A stretch of DNA of 64,000 nt from Candidatus Onthoplasma sp. (GTDB lineage: Bacteria; Bacillota; Clostridia; Christensenellales; UBA1242): NCBI GenBank assembly GCA_045578345.1, contig JAZNKB010000008.1:31839-95838 (forward strand). Direction: 5' to 3'. Positions 10,866 to 19,476 of the stretch are shown here, one piece after another. Below the pieces are notes generated by a model, which made no database searches, was not told the DNA's origin, and saw only the letters and a list, made by a program, of their open reading frames with translations. The position numbers and the translations under genes were made by a program. How positions within the stretch are numbered: position 1 is the first letter of the stretch; the number at the start of each line of letters is the position of its first letter.

Positions 10866-10891
10866 AAGCATTATTGATGCTTATTTTTTTT
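10866..10891 (+). terminator. rho-independent terminator
   Basis: Stem aagcat/atgctt followed by a T-run of about 9. Confidence 0.7.
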
Positions 10892-11025
10892 ATTATTTCT
10901 TTTCCGCACTCCAAATTGTAATGTGTTTTTTATATTCATTTTATCACTCCAATATTTTATATTTTTTTAGCATATCAAAAAACTATAACTTATTGCAAAA
11001 ATTTAATTTTAGTGATTAATGCTTT

Positions 11026-11685
11026 TTATTCCACGCGTGTGTAGTTTTTAATTTCAAAATCTGTTGTTTTGAGTTCTTTTTTTGTGGCTTGTTTTTTGCT
11101 AAATTTGTTCAATCCACCACCCTTGAACATATTTAAAATTCCACTCATCATTTCCTTGTTTGACATAAGGTTTGAAATTAAGTTCATCGGATTTGAATTA
11201 TTTCCAGTTTGAGATTTATCAGCGTTGTTCAACATCCCAACAAGACTACTCAAATCTGCCCCACCACCCATATTAAATAAACTTAAAAGCGGAAGCAGGT
11301 TTTTTAAATCAAAACCGAAACCACTTTGTTTTTGCGAATCATTATTATGACAATTGTCATTATGATTATCTTTATTATTTAAATTATAATTTCCGTTGTG
11401 ATTGCAACAATCCTCTTTCGGGAATAAGTTTCCATATTGATTGATTTTTTTGTTTCTCTGATTGCAATTGTAATCAGGATTGCCATAATTGTTGTTTGAA
11501 TGATTGTTATGTTTTGCAACACAATCACAATTATGTTTTTTTAAATCGTTGTTTATGTAATAACTAGGCAAACATTCATAAGGTTCTTGAAAGACAATTT
11601 TTTTTGTTTCTTTATTTTTTTCAAACCTTTGAATGTAAGCATTTGGATCGCAATAAAGCGAATTTAAATTATCTTCAAAATCCAT
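11026..11685 (-). CDS. Asn/His/Cys/Asp-rich low-complexity protein (possible spore or metal-binding protein)
   Basis: 219-aa ORF. The central region is rich in NHNDNCHNN-type runs. The C-terminus is Gly/Met/Asn-rich. Confidence 0.5.
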   Translation of the reverse strand: MDFEDNLNSLYCDPNAYIQRFEKNKETKKIVFQEPYECLPSYYINNDLKKHNCDCVAKHNNHSNNNYGNPDYNCNQRNKKINQYGNLFPKEDCCNHNGNYNLNNKDNHNDNCHNNDSQKQSGFGFDLKNLLPLLSLFNMGGGADLSSLVGMLNNADKSQTGNNSNPMNLISNLMSNKEMMSGILNMFKGGGLNKFSKKQATKKELKTTDFEIKNYTRVE

Positions 11686-11770
11686 GTTAATATTTATGTT
11701 ATAATTATAAAATTTGTAACTAACATAAAAATTTTTTCATATAAACAATAGGAGAAAAAGGAGACGTTAG

Positions 11771-12064
11771 ATGCCAAGAGATTTTAAAAGTTTTGCAAAA
11801 GAACACAAACAAGAAACTGAAAAAATAATCAATGAGAACCAAGAAAAAGCAAATGAATTTCAAGACATACTCAACAAATACAAAAACATGAATCAAAGTG
11901 ACCTTATGTCTAACCTTTTTTCTGAAGCAAGCAAACTTAAAAGCGAAGGAAAATTAAATGCTGAAACATTAAACAATTTAAAATCAACACTTGCGCCATT
12001 CCTTAATTCTGAGCAACAAGAAATGCTTAAAAATTTAGTTAACGCAATCAATGAACAAAAATAA
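11771..12064 (+). CDS. small coiled-coil-like hypothetical protein
   Basis: Has an AAGGAG RBS. Overlaps the downstream protease start by 14 nt. Confidence 0.5.
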   Translation: MPRDFKSFAKEHKQETEKIINENQEKANEFQDILNKYKNMNQSDLMSNLFSEASKLKSEGKLNAETLNNLKSTLAPFLNSEQQEMLKNLVNAINEQK

Positions 12065-13154
12065 AATATCCAAATCATTAATCAACCAAGTTGAAACGTT
12101 AAACACAAAAAATATTAAAAATGTGTTCGTTTTTAGTGAAAATTTCAACAAAACCAAGCAATTTTTAGAAAATTTTAAATATTCTTACATAGAATATCCA
12201 TTTTTGAATTGTTTCTATCTCCCCGCCGACTCAGATGATTTAAACATAATGTCTATGCAAAATCACGTAGGTTTTATTAGTTCAAACGCAGAAGTGCAAA
12301 CATTAAACACTGAACAAGATTTTATGAATTTATCACTCCTTACTGAAAACAAATTCTTTGGGCAAGGGCAAACAATTTGTTTTATCGACACAGGAATTTA
12401 TCCGCATTTGGATTTCATTTTTCCAAGGTCTAAAATAATTAAATTCCTTGACTTTATAAACAAAAGTGATTGCCCATATGACGACAATGGACACGGAACT
12501 TTTGTTGCAGGTGTTGCGTGCGGAAGCGGAATTTTTTCTCACTCTGAAATCGGAATTGCTCCACAGGCAAATATTATTTCAATCAAAGCTTTGGGTAAAA
12601 ATGGAGACAGCAACTCAAATGTCATTTTGGATGCTATGCAGTGGGTTTATGAAAATCATAGGGCATACAAAATAAGTGTTGTTTGCATGAGTTTTGGCGC
12701 AGACGCCAGCGAAAATTTCGACCCACTAAACAAGGGCGCTGAAGCACTTTGGAAAGCGGGAATCACTGTTGTTGCCGCCGCCGGAAACAGCGGACCAAAT
12801 TTTAGCTCAATCAAGTCACCTGGAAGTAACCCATACATAATCACAGTTGGTGCGTTGGACGTTACGAATTTACAAGTTGCAAATTTTTCAAGCCGTGGTC
12901 CAACAATTTATGGTCACAAACCAGACCTTCTTGCTCCCGCTGTTGACATCATTTCATGCAATAACAAATTTTTGCCATACACCAAAATGAGCGGAACAAG
13001 CGTTGCCACTCCAATTGTTGCTGGAGTTTGCGCCATAATTAAATCCAAATATCCAAAAATGACAAATGTTGAAATTAAAAAATTCCTGCTATCTCATTGC
13101 ACAAAAATAACAGGAAACGTCGACCAAGAAGGCGCGGGCTATTTAAAGTTTTAA
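12051..13154 (+). CDS. subtilisin-like serine protease (peptidase S8), no obvious signal peptide
   Basis: Catalytic triad contexts FIDTGI (Asp), HGTFVAG (His) and SGTSVATP (Ser). Confidence 0.88.
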   Translation: MNKNKISKSLINQVETLNTKNIKNVFVFSENFNKTKQFLENFKYSYIEYPFLNCFYLPADSDDLNIMSMQNHVGFISSNAEVQTLNTEQDFMNLSLLTENKFFGQGQTICFIDTGIYPHLDFIFPRSKIIKFLDFINKSDCPYDDNGHGTFVAGVACGSGIFSHSEIGIAPQANIISIKALGKNGDSNSNVILDAMQWVYENHRAYKISVVCMSFGADASENFDPLNKGAEALWKAGITVVAAAGNSGPNFSSIKSPGSNPYIITVGALDVTNLQVANFSSRGPTIYGHKPDLLAPAVDIISCNNKFLPYTKMSGTSVATPIVAGVCAIIKSKYPKMTNVEIKKFLLSHCTKITGNVDQEGAGYLKF

Positions 13155-13166
13155 AAACAACTTTTC

Positions 13167-13195
13167 TTTACAATTTTATTGTTTTGTGATATAAT
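13167..13195 (+). promoter_or_regulatory. sigmaA-type promoter (TTTACA-17-TGaTATAAT) ending 7 nt before the ATG
   Basis: Read directly from the sequence. No Shine-Dalgarno between the -10 element and the ATG at 13202. Confidence 0.5.
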
Positions 13196-13201
13196 GCTTG
13201 C

Positions 13202-13912
13202 ATGATTGAATTTAAGCATGTGTTTGTTCAATATGTGAATGAGTTTTATTCGCTTTATGATTTTAGTTGTGAGATTAATTCTCACACTCTTTTTATTGGT
13301 GATTTCTTTTCCGGCACAAATGCAATTATGCGAACACTTTCAAAAATTGACAAAGACTACAAAGGCGATATTTTTATTGATAATATTAACTTAAAAAACA
13401 TTAAAGATAAAGATTTAAATTTAGCATATTTGCCCGAAACACCTGTTTTATTTAAAAATAAAAATATATTTGATAATTTGTATTTTCCACTAAAAATTAG
13501 AAAAATTGAGAAAAATACTTCAAAAAATCTAATAAATAGCATATTTTTTGAATTAAAAAATAATAATTTTGAAATTTTTAATGAATTTTTAAATATTAAA
13601 AATTATGATTTAAATGATGAAAACAATTTAAAAAATGAAGACCATAGAGATTATTTAATTGAAAATATTTTAAAATTAAAAGTGAAAAAACTAAGTTTAA
13701 GTGAGCAAAAAATCATTACACTTATTCGTGCAATTCTTCGCAAACCAAAATTTGTTTTGATTGAAAACTTTTTTGAAAATTTAAATGAAAAACATTTTCA
13801 ACTTGCTGAATTCTTGCTCAACAAAATTAAAGAAACTTCAACCGTCATTGCATGCGAAAAAGAAGTTAAAGATGTCTTTAAAAGTTTTCAAATCAACAAC
13901 TTAACAAAATAA
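13202..13912 (+). CDS. ABC-ATPase-like protein with degenerate nucleotide-binding motifs
   Basis: ABC-type start MIEFKHV. Walker A position reads GDFFSGTNA, the signature reads LSLSEQK, and Walker B reads FVLIENF. Contains an Asn-rich insert. Confidence 0.6.
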   Translation: MIEFKHVFVQYVNEFYSLYDFSCEINSHTLFIGDFFSGTNAIMRTLSKIDKDYKGDIFIDNINLKNIKDKDLNLAYLPETPVLFKNKNIFDNLYFPLKIRKIEKNTSKNLINSIFFELKNNNFEIFNEFLNIKNYDLNDENNLKNEDHRDYLIENILKLKVKKLSLSEQKIITLIRAILRKPKFVLIENFFENLNEKHFQLAEFLLNKIKETSTVIACEKEVKDVFKSFQINNLTK

Positions 13913-13940
13913 AAAAGGAAGACTAAACTTCCTTTTTTAA
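13911..13940. terminator. bidirectional rho-independent terminator
   Basis: Stem aaggaag/cttcctt with flanking A- and T-runs. Confidence 0.75.
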
Positions 13941-14239
13941 TAATCCATTGTCATATCTTCTCTTTTTGATTTTTCATGTCTAACACATTTTTGATAATCA
14001 GATTCTAAAGTCATATCTAATTTGATAACATTTGTAACTTTAAAATGTTTCGGCGAATTCTCAAGTTCTTTAACTTTTGATTTTAAATAATATCTTGAAC
14101 AATAAACAGGAAATAATTGACCATCACCAGTAACTATCAACAAATAATCCCAACCTTCTCTTAGAGCAACATCATTAAGCCAATCATTAATAACTGGATT
14201 ATTATTCGTTTTTCTAAATTCACTTTCTAACACTTTCAT
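13937..14239 (-). CDS. hypothetical protein (100 aa)
   Basis: Has an AGGAG RBS and its own TTGACA-16-TGaTATAAT promoter at about 14250-14285. Confidence 0.55.
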   Translation of the reverse strand: MKVLESEFRKTNNNPVINDWLNDVALREGWDYLLIVTGDGQLFPVYCSRYYLKSKVKELENSPKHFKVTNVIKLDMTLESDYQKCVRHEKSKREDMTMDY

Positions 14240-14294
14240 AATCTCTCCTAAACAAGATTATTATATCACATTTTTAATATTTGTCAACATTGTA

Positions 14295-16757
14295 TTATTC
14301 GCTTGTTTTGGTCATGAAAATTAGTTTGCCGTCTTTAGTGTCAACAAGCACATTGTCACCTTTTTTGATTTCGCCTTTAAGCATTCTATCTGCCAACTCA
14401 TCTTCAATTTTGCTTGTGATTAATCTTCTCATTGGACGAGCGCCAAAGTCTTCGTTTGTTCCGTTCTTCACAAGATAGTTCAAAGTTGATTGAGTGAACT
14501 TCAATTCAATGTCGCTTTGCTTTAAGTTTTTGTTTAAGTCACTGAGCATTTTCTTTGCAATATCTTTCATGACTTTTTCGCTAAGTTTGTTGAACACAAC
14601 AATGTTATCAATTCTGTTTATGAGTTCTGGTTTGAAATATTTTTTAAGTTCGTTAAGCATAACTTGTTGTTTATCTTCATCACTACTGTTTTCGCCAAAA
14701 CCAAGACTGACATTTGATTTGTTAAGTTTATTACTTCCAATGTTTGAAGTTAAAATGATTATTGTGTTTTTGAAACTTACAATTTTTCCATGTGAATCTG
14801 TTAATCTTCCATCATCAAGAATTTGAAGAAGCATGTTAAACACTTCTGGGTGAGCTTTTTCAATTTCATCAAACAACACAACACTATATGGTTTTCTTCT
14901 AACTTGTTCAGTGAGTTGTCCACCATCATCAAAGCCAACATATCCTGGAGGAGAACCTATAAGTTTACTTACGCTATGCGCTTCCATAAATTCACTCATG
15001 TCAAGACGAATGATTTTGTTTTCATCATCAAACAAACTTTGAGCAAGAGCTTTGCTAAGTTCAGTTTTACCAACACCTGTTGGTCCTAAGAACAAAAATG
15101 AGCCAATTGGACGACGAGGGTCACGAATTCCAATTCTACTTCTTCTTATTGCCTTACTTACCTTTTCAATTGCTTCATCCTGACCTTTAACACGTTCAGT
15201 CATCATTTTTTCAAGGTTAAGAAGTTTTTCTGCTTCACCTTCAGTTAATTTAGTTAAAGGAATGTTTGTCCATTTGCTGACAACTTCGGCAACATCTTGC
15301 TCTGTAATCACCGCGTCACCACTTCCACTTGCAACAGGAAGAGATTTTTGACGCATTATTTCTTCTTTGATTTCAGCAATTTTATCTCTAAGTTTTCCAG
15401 CGCGTTCAAAATTTTCTTGATTTACTGCATCTTCTTTTTCAGCTTCAAGTTTAACAAGTTTTTCTTTTAATGCTTTTACTTCTGCACTATCATAATTTGA
15501 CTTAACTTTTGCTCTGCTTGACGCTTCATCAATAAGGTCGATTGCCTTATCTGGAAGACTTCTATCTTGAATGTATCTATCAGAAAGGGTTGCTGCTGCC
15601 TTGATTGCTTCGTCTGATATTTTCACTTTATGATATGCTTCATAAGTATCTCTTAAACCTTTCAAAATTTCTATTGTTTGTTCAACAGTTGGTTGATCAA
15701 CCATGATTGGTTGAAATCTTCTCTCAAGTGCTTTATCTTTTTCAATATATTTTCTATATTCGTCTGTTGTTGTTGCTCCAATTGTTTGCATTTCACCACG
15801 TGCAAGATATGGTTTTAACATGTCCGCAGGGTTTGTTTCACCTTTATCGCTTCCAACTTGAGCAAGAGTATGAATTTCATCAATAAAAACGATAATACTT
15901 CTGTTTGTTGTTATCATTTCAATGGCATTTTTAAGTTTTTCTTCCATGCTTCCGCGATATTTTGTGCCGGCCATAAGTCCACCAATATCAAGTGAATATA
16001 TGGTTTTATTCTTCAAAATAGTTGGAACATCACCAGAGACAATTCGTCTTGCCAAACCTTCCACAACAGCAGTTTTACCAACTCCCGCTTCACCAATAAG
16101 CACAGGGTTGTTTTTTGTTTTTCTACACAAAATTTCAATCATACGTTCAATTTCAGAATCACGACCTATGATTGGATCGATTTTGCCTTGCTTTGCTTTA
16201 AGAGTTAAATCACTTCCCATTTCAAGCAATTCCTCAGGAAGGTCACTAACAATGTTATCTTGATTTGATTGAGGAGTTTCTTTGCCTTTAACGTTGCCAA
16301 CTTGAACAAGTCCTTCTCCTTCAAATGAACTTCCAGAATTTGTTATAATGCTTATTGCTTTATTTCGAATTTCAATGACATTAAGTTTTAAAACTCCAGC
16401 TAAAATGTTAATTGCAAAACTATCTTCTTGACTCAATAATGCAACAAGTATATGTTCGCTCGAAATGTATGCGCTGTGAGTTTTCTTTGCAACACTGTTT
16501 GCGATCATCAACATTTCTTTAACTCTAGGGGTAAGTTCGACAACGTTAGAAGGCACACCAGAGCTTCCATATTTATTTAAAATTTCTTGCACAATTTCAC
16601 TTGTTACACGACATGCTTGTAACAACTTTTTTGATTTACTCTCAACTTTTGTTAATGCATACAAAATATGCTCAGTTCCAACCTGATTTGTTCTATGAGC
16701 AGCAAATTGTGATGCAACTTGAACAACTTTATTTGCTAAGTCAGTTAAATTGTACAT
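14295..16757 (-). CDS. clpC: ATP-dependent Clp protease ATP-binding subunit ClpC
   Basis: Two AAA+ modules (GEAGVGKT, GPTGVGKT), N-terminal Clp repeats with GTEHIL, and a UVR-like linker. Last gene of the ctsR operon. Confidence 0.97.
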   Translation of the reverse strand: MYNLTDLANKVVQVASQFAAHRTNQVGTEHILYALTKVESKSKKLLQACRVTSEIVQEILNKYGSSGVPSNVVELTPRVKEMLMIANSVAKKTHSAYISSEHILVALLSQEDSFAINILAGVLKLNVIEIRNKAISIITNSGSSFEGEGLVQVGNVKGKETPQSNQDNIVSDLPEELLEMGSDLTLKAKQGKIDPIIGRDSEIERMIEILCRKTKNNPVLIGEAGVGKTAVVEGLARRIVSGDVPTILKNKTIYSLDIGGLMAGTKYRGSMEEKLKNAIEMITTNRSIIVFIDEIHTLAQVGSDKGETNPADMLKPYLARGEMQTIGATTTDEYRKYIEKDKALERRFQPIMVDQPTVEQTIEILKGLRDTYEAYHKVKISDEAIKAAATLSDRYIQDRSLPDKAIDLIDEASSRAKVKSNYDSAEVKALKEKLVKLEAEKEDAVNQENFERAGKLRDKIAEIKEEIMRQKSLPVASGSGDAVITEQDVAEVVSKWTNIPLTKLTEGEAEKLLNLEKMMTERVKGQDEAIEKVSKAIRRSRIGIRDPRRPIGSFLFLGPTGVGKTELSKALAQSLFDDENKIIRLDMSEFMEAHSVSKLIGSPPGYVGFDDGGQLTEQVRRKPYSVVLFDEIEKAHPEVFNMLLQILDDGRLTDSHGKIVSFKNTIIILTSNIGSNKLNKSNVSLGFGENSSDEDKQQVMLNELKKYFKPELINRIDNIVVFNKLSEKVMKDIAKKMLSDLNKNLKQSDIELKFTQSTLNYLVKNGTNEDFGARPMRRLITSKIEDELADRMLKGEIKKGDNVLVDTKDGKLIFMTKTSE

Positions 16758-16758
16758 A

Positions 16759-17679
16759 TTATTCTCCTTTTAAAATTTCTTTTGCTTTATTTGCAAGGTC
16801 TTTCAACTCACTTGGTGTTACAATATCATCATTTTTACTTGTAACTAAATACTGCAATTTGTTTAATATTTCCAAACTCAAATTCACAAGTCCTAAATTT
16901 AATCCCATTCTTAAATTTACGATTATATTATATAGTTCGTCGTATGTTAAAAGCACTGCTGAATTTAAAATTGCCATGCTCCTTGCAATCTTATCCAACA
17001 TTTCATCATGATTATCTACATCTAGCATTTTCACACTTTCAATTTCCAATTCTTGAAGTTTTAAAAGTGTGTTTTCAAAATCTTCACACATTTTCTTTTC
17101 ACTTATTCCCAAACCACATTTTGTTGACAATGTGTAGATTGCTGGGAATTTTGTTTCATTAAGCGAATAACCTAATTTTGCAACATTAAGTTTTACTTGT
17201 TCAATTTTATTTATCTTTGTTATTGCACTAAGCATTATGTTGCTTTCCAACCTGATTCCTGAGCCAATTTTGTTTAAATCACTCATCAAATAACCATACT
17301 CATCGTTGTATGCAAATTGAATTTTGTTTGAAAGATGATTTGATATGTCAACAACATTTTTAATCACCTTTTTATCAAATCCAACAACATTAGACACAAT
17401 AGACAAATGTTCACCATTAAACAAATTTATTGCAGTGTTTTCTTTTGAAACAAATAAGTTTTGAGTATTACCAAGAATCAAGCTGTTTGCAATAAGGTTT
17501 TTTGTTATTTTTCCATCCGTTTGGCTTAAATTTATTAACGACATTTTACCTTTCAATGCAGTTTCAAGCATTTCAATGATTTGTTGCTTGTTTTCATTTG
17601 ATAATTTAGGTTCAAATTTAAAATCTTTAATATTTCTAAAAATTGTTACTCTTGTTGATATTACATTATTCATTTGCAC
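16759..17679 (-). CDS. mcsB: McsB-like protein (protein-arginine kinase family) with degenerate active-site motifs
   Basis: Position between mcsA and clpC and collinear similarity to McsB. The phosphagen-kinase signature CPTNVGTGLRAS reads DLNKIGSGIRLE, and NEEDHIR reads NGEHLS. Confidence 0.7.
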   Translation of the reverse strand: MQMNNVISTRVTIFRNIKDFKFEPKLSNENKQQIIEMLETALKGKMSLINLSQTDGKITKNLIANSLILGNTQNLFVSKENTAINLFNGEHLSIVSNVVGFDKKVIKNVVDISNHLSNKIQFAYNDEYGYLMSDLNKIGSGIRLESNIMLSAITKINKIEQVKLNVAKLGYSLNETKFPAIYTLSTKCGLGISEKKMCEDFENTLLKLQELEIESVKMLDVDNHDEMLDKIARSMAILNSAVLLTYDELYNIIVNLRMGLNLGLVNLSLEILNKLQYLVTSKNDDIVTPSELKDLANKAKEILKGE

Positions 17680-18157
17680 TCTCCAATTTTGCGATTTGTT
17701 TCTTTATTTTCGCAGCATCTTCATATCTTTCTTCACTTACCGCTTGTTTCATTTGTTCTCTCAAAACTTTAATTTTTTCTTCTTTACTTAATCTAGTCGG
17801 TTTGGCAACTGTTTTTATTGGTTCTTGTATATGTGTCTCAAATGGAGCAATTCTTTTAATCACATTTGAAATTTCTTCTCTAAACATATCATAGCAATTT
17901 GGACATCCTAGTCTGCCTGACGACTTAAATTCTCTTAGTGTTGTTTTACAAACAGGACAAACAACATTTTCAACTTGTTCAAAACCTAACAAATCACTAA
18001 ATGAACTAAACATCTCATCAAACAAACTTGTTTTTTGTTGATTAAAAACGCCCTCCTTTATAGCACAGTCTCTACATAAACTTGTTTTTTGACTTACACC
18101 ATTCACTATAAGCGTTGAATGATAAACGCTTGGATTTCCACACTTATCACATTTCAT
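17666..18157 (-). CDS. mcsA: McsA (UVR-domain, zinc-finger activator of McsB)
   Basis: Four CxxC pairs and a C-terminal UVR motif (EERYEDAAKIKKQI). ATG at 18157 with an AAGGAG RBS. Confidence 0.85.
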   Translation of the reverse strand: MKCDKCGNPSVYHSTLIVNGVSQKTSLCRDCAIKEGVFNQQKTSLFDEMFSSFSDLLGFEQVENVVCPVCKTTLREFKSSGRLGCPNCYDMFREEISNVIKRIAPFETHIQEPIKTVAKPTRLSKEEKIKVLREQMKQAVSEERYEDAAKIKKQIAKLESANE

Positions 18158-18158
18158 A

Positions 18159-18638
18159 TTACACACTCTCCTTTCTATCTTTTAATTTCATTGTTTCAAT
18201 TATAACCTGACATAATATATTTGACCTAAGTTTATTATCTATATTTAAGGGGTTATTTAGCGATTTTGCACTAATTGCGCTCTTTAACAGTTCCATTTCC
18301 CTTAAACTGATTAGTTTTCTATCTTTCATTTGCTCCAAAAGTTGATTCCCTTCAATAACTGTTATTGGTTTTGAACAAATATGCAAAGCATTGTTTAAGA
18401 AATTGTTGTTATTATCTTGAACACGAACTACCTTAATATACCCACCTCCGCCACGCTGACTTTCAACAACAAAACCTCGATTAACAGTAAAACGTGTGTT
18501 CAAAACATAGTTGATTTGACTTGGGACACATGAAAAGAACTTTGCTAAATCGTTTCGACTAAGTTCAATAAAACTATCATCATCTAAACTTGACATTATA
18601 AATTCTTCGATAATATCACTAACTGTTTTATTATTCAT
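18159..18638 (-). CDS. ctsR: class III stress gene repressor CtsR
   Basis: VSDIIEEFI N-terminus, the RGGGGYIKV motif, and first position in the ctsR-mcsA-mcsB-clpC operon. Confidence 0.92.
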   Translation of the reverse strand: MNNKTVSDIIEEFIMSSLDDDSFIELSRNDLAKFFSCVPSQINYVLNTRFTVNRGFVVESQRGGGGYIKVVRVQDNNNNFLNNALHICSKPITVIEGNQLLEQMKDRKLISLREMELLKSAISAKSLNNPLNIDNKLRSNILCQVIIETMKLKDRKESV

Positions 18639-18648
18639 ACTTCTCCTT

Positions 18649-18665
18649 TTTGACTTTCTTTGACC
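18649..18665 (-). promoter_or_regulatory. CtsR operator (GGTCAAA GAA AGTCAAA)
   Basis: Matches the A/GGTCAAAnAnA/GGTCAAA direct heptad repeat. Lies between the -10 element and the RBS of ctsR. Confidence 0.85.
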
Positions 18666-18674
18666 TTTGATGTT

Positions 18675-18703
18675 ATTATAATACTATTTTCTATCGTCGT
18701 CAA
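18675..18703 (-). promoter_or_regulatory. sigmaA-type promoter of the ctsR operon (TTGACG-17-TATAAT)
   Basis: Read on the minus strand, immediately upstream of the CtsR box. Confidence 0.65.
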
Positions 18704-18767
18704 GCATTTTATGCCAAATTTTTGAAAATTTTTAGCAATCTTTTGTTTATAGTGCTAAAAAGTATAA

Positions 18768-18800
18768 CAAAAAAACACCATTTCGGTGTTTAGTTTTGTT
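18768..18800 (-). terminator. rho-independent terminator
   Basis: Stem aacacc/ggtgtt with a T-run on the minus strand. Confidence 0.7.
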
Positions 18801-18913
18801 TATAAAAGTTCTTCACAAAAATTATCTTCTTCATAAGAAACAATGGTTTTATATTGCAACAGTTTTGCAATAAGATTTAAGCATTCCTCATGCTTCGAAT
18901 GTTGAAAATCTTT

Positions 18914-19099
18914 TTAAAGGACTTTGTTTGAAATTGAAATTATCCAATCATCAAATTGCAAGTTTGGCATCATTTTCACTTGTTTTAGCGATTTATTTAA
19001 AACAAATTCAAATGACAAATCATCAAAATTTTTAATTAAATATTCTCTTAGTGTGCTTCTTATTTGCTTTATTTTTATTTTGATTTCTTTTAAATTCAT
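18914..19099 (-). CDS. small protein, tandem paralog of 19131-19424; ends at an in-frame TAA, with a homologous open frame continuing to 18800
   Basis: RSTLREYLI vs RTALRNYLI, and QFDDWI vs KFDEWF. The 37 codons after the stop stay open and resemble the C-terminus of the paralog. Confidence 0.5.
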   Translation of the reverse strand: MNLKEIKIKIKQIRSTLREYLIKNFDDLSFEFVLNKSLKQVKMMPNLQFDDWIISISNKVL

Positions 19100-19130
19100 T
19101 ATGTATCAATCCTTATAAAAACTTTATTTA

Positions 19131-19424
19131 TTAAAAATAGATATCATTTGTTGTTGCTTCTGCAATTGCCACATTATTCATGCTGCAAAGATATTCATCA
19201 ATAAGTTCGGTTAATGTTATGTCATTTTCTTTATTTTCAAGGAAAACACTCATAACTGATGCAAACCACTCGTCAAATTTTTCGCCACTCATATTCTTTA
19301 ATTGTGAATCAATCGGTAGTGAAATATTATAATCTCTTCTAATTTCACTTTTAAGCATTATAAGATAATTTCTCAATGCGGTTCTTGCCTTTCTTCTTTG
19401 TGATTTACAATAAGTTAAATCCAT
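19131..19424 (-). CDS. small hypothetical protein (97 aa from MDLTY)
   Basis: AAGGAGG RBS before the ATG at 19424. Paralog of the downstream small ORF. Confidence 0.55.
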   Translation of the reverse strand: MDLTYCKSQRRKARTALRNYLIMLKSEIRRDYNISLPIDSQLKNMSGEKFDEWFASVMSVFLENKENDITLTELIDEYLCSMNNVAIAEATTNDIYF

Positions 19425-19476
19425 ATTTCCTCCTTTTAGCCTTGTTATTTTACCATATTTAAACAATTTGTCAAGT

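Noticed and set aside
14281-16263. Multiple plus-strand ORFs inside clpC. Similar alternate-frame ORFs occur inside dnaE (27608-29824), spoIVA and uvrC.
   Set aside because: They are nested within long, well-supported genes and have Leu/Ser/Phe-rich translations typical of antisense AT-rich sequence. None has an RBS.
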